A DNA stretch of 55,703 bases, taken from the NCBI GenBank assembly GCA_043746165.1, contig JAYTRM010000223.1, forward strand, positions 1 to 55,703, in the 5' to 3' direction. Position 1 is the stretch's first letter, and each line of letters opens with the position of its first letter. This stretch comes from Bdellovibrionales bacterium. GTDB taxonomy: Bacteria > Bdellovibrionota > Bdellovibrionia > Bdellovibrionales > JAMPXM01. Positions 55,474 to 55,703 of this stretch are shown here, piece after piece. The translations under genes were made by a program, and so were the position numbers. The notes under the pieces were generated by a model. That model saw nothing but the letters and a program-made list of their open reading frames with translations, did not search any database and had not been told where the DNA came from.

Positions 55474-55703
55474 ATGACTCAATTTTCCGGTCTCTTTGCG
55501 GCTGCTCTAGCCACTGTCGTTGGCGCGACATCAACCGTCGCACACGCGAGCGTCGATGTTTCGCAACTTCAGGCATCATTGTTTGTTCAAGCACAGGCTC
55601 GTGAAGGTCTCAACTGGCATATCGGCGATAAGGCGTCTTACAAGATGGACATCGGTGGTTTCATTCAAGGAACATCTGACAATTCCGTGACCCAAGACAC
55701 CGG
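55474..55703 (+). CDS. Hypothetical secreted protein; only the 5' part is present (it runs off the right edge)
   Basis: My own translation from the ATG at 55474 (GGAGG lies 6 nt upstream) reads MTQFSGLFAAALATVVGATSTVAHA-SVDVSQLQASLFVQAQAREGLNWHIGDKASYKMDIGGF..., open to the window end. Confidence 0.5.
   Translation, partial: MTQFSGLFAAALATVVGATSTVAHASVDVSQLQASLFVQAQAREGLNWHIGDKASYKMDIGGFIQGTSDNSVTQDT

Overview
This window is the core chromosomal replication-origin neighbourhood of a Gram-negative bacterium. It is densely coding, with about 55 protein genes. I found no rRNA, tRNA, CRISPR, integrase or transposase. G+C looks roughly balanced by eye but was not computed.

Left arm (1-16.2 kb, almost all minus strand): atpC-D-G-A-H-F-F' (F1 and stalk of ATP synthase), a bactofilin, parB, parA, two perfect palindromic parS sites, rsmG, mnmG, mnmE, jag, yidC, yidD, rnpA and rpmH.

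Right arm (16.3-28.2 kb, all plus strand): dnaA, a 330-bp dnaA-dnaN spacer with oriC hallmarks, dnaN, recF, gyrB, gyrA, a TPR lipoprotein, and the membrane half of ATP synthase (atpZ-I-B-E).

The rest is housekeeping:
- a minus-strand train of DUF374 acyltransferase, three parvulin PPIases, pdxA, PMM/PGM, uvrA and an OMP
- a Cx7C Sel1-like protein
- etfBA and type-B sdhCAB
- an alpha/beta hydrolase plus an FHA protein
- rpsF, a polytopic membrane protein and rplI
- two orphan ORFs, then dnaB, a Fis-like gene, queE, ftsK and a truncated secreted-protein gene.

Gene content (b/b' stalk, single-subunit SdhC, bactofilin fused to the par operon) resembles delta-proteobacterial or Bdellovibrio-like lineages. 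I cannot assign a taxon without a database search.

I do not see a convincing novel multi-gene system: there are no defence, toxin-antitoxin, secretion or biosynthetic island signatures. The observations worth a second look are small-scale:
- the oriC architecture
- the parS pair and the parAB-bactofilin coupling
- the split atp operon, with signal-peptide-like N-termini on subunits b and c
- coding tandem repeats in gyrB and rnpA
- a shortened UvrA insertion domain
- two unexplained intergenic tandem-repeat arrays (38.07 kb and 48.03 kb)
- a 19-bp perfect hairpin after sdhB.
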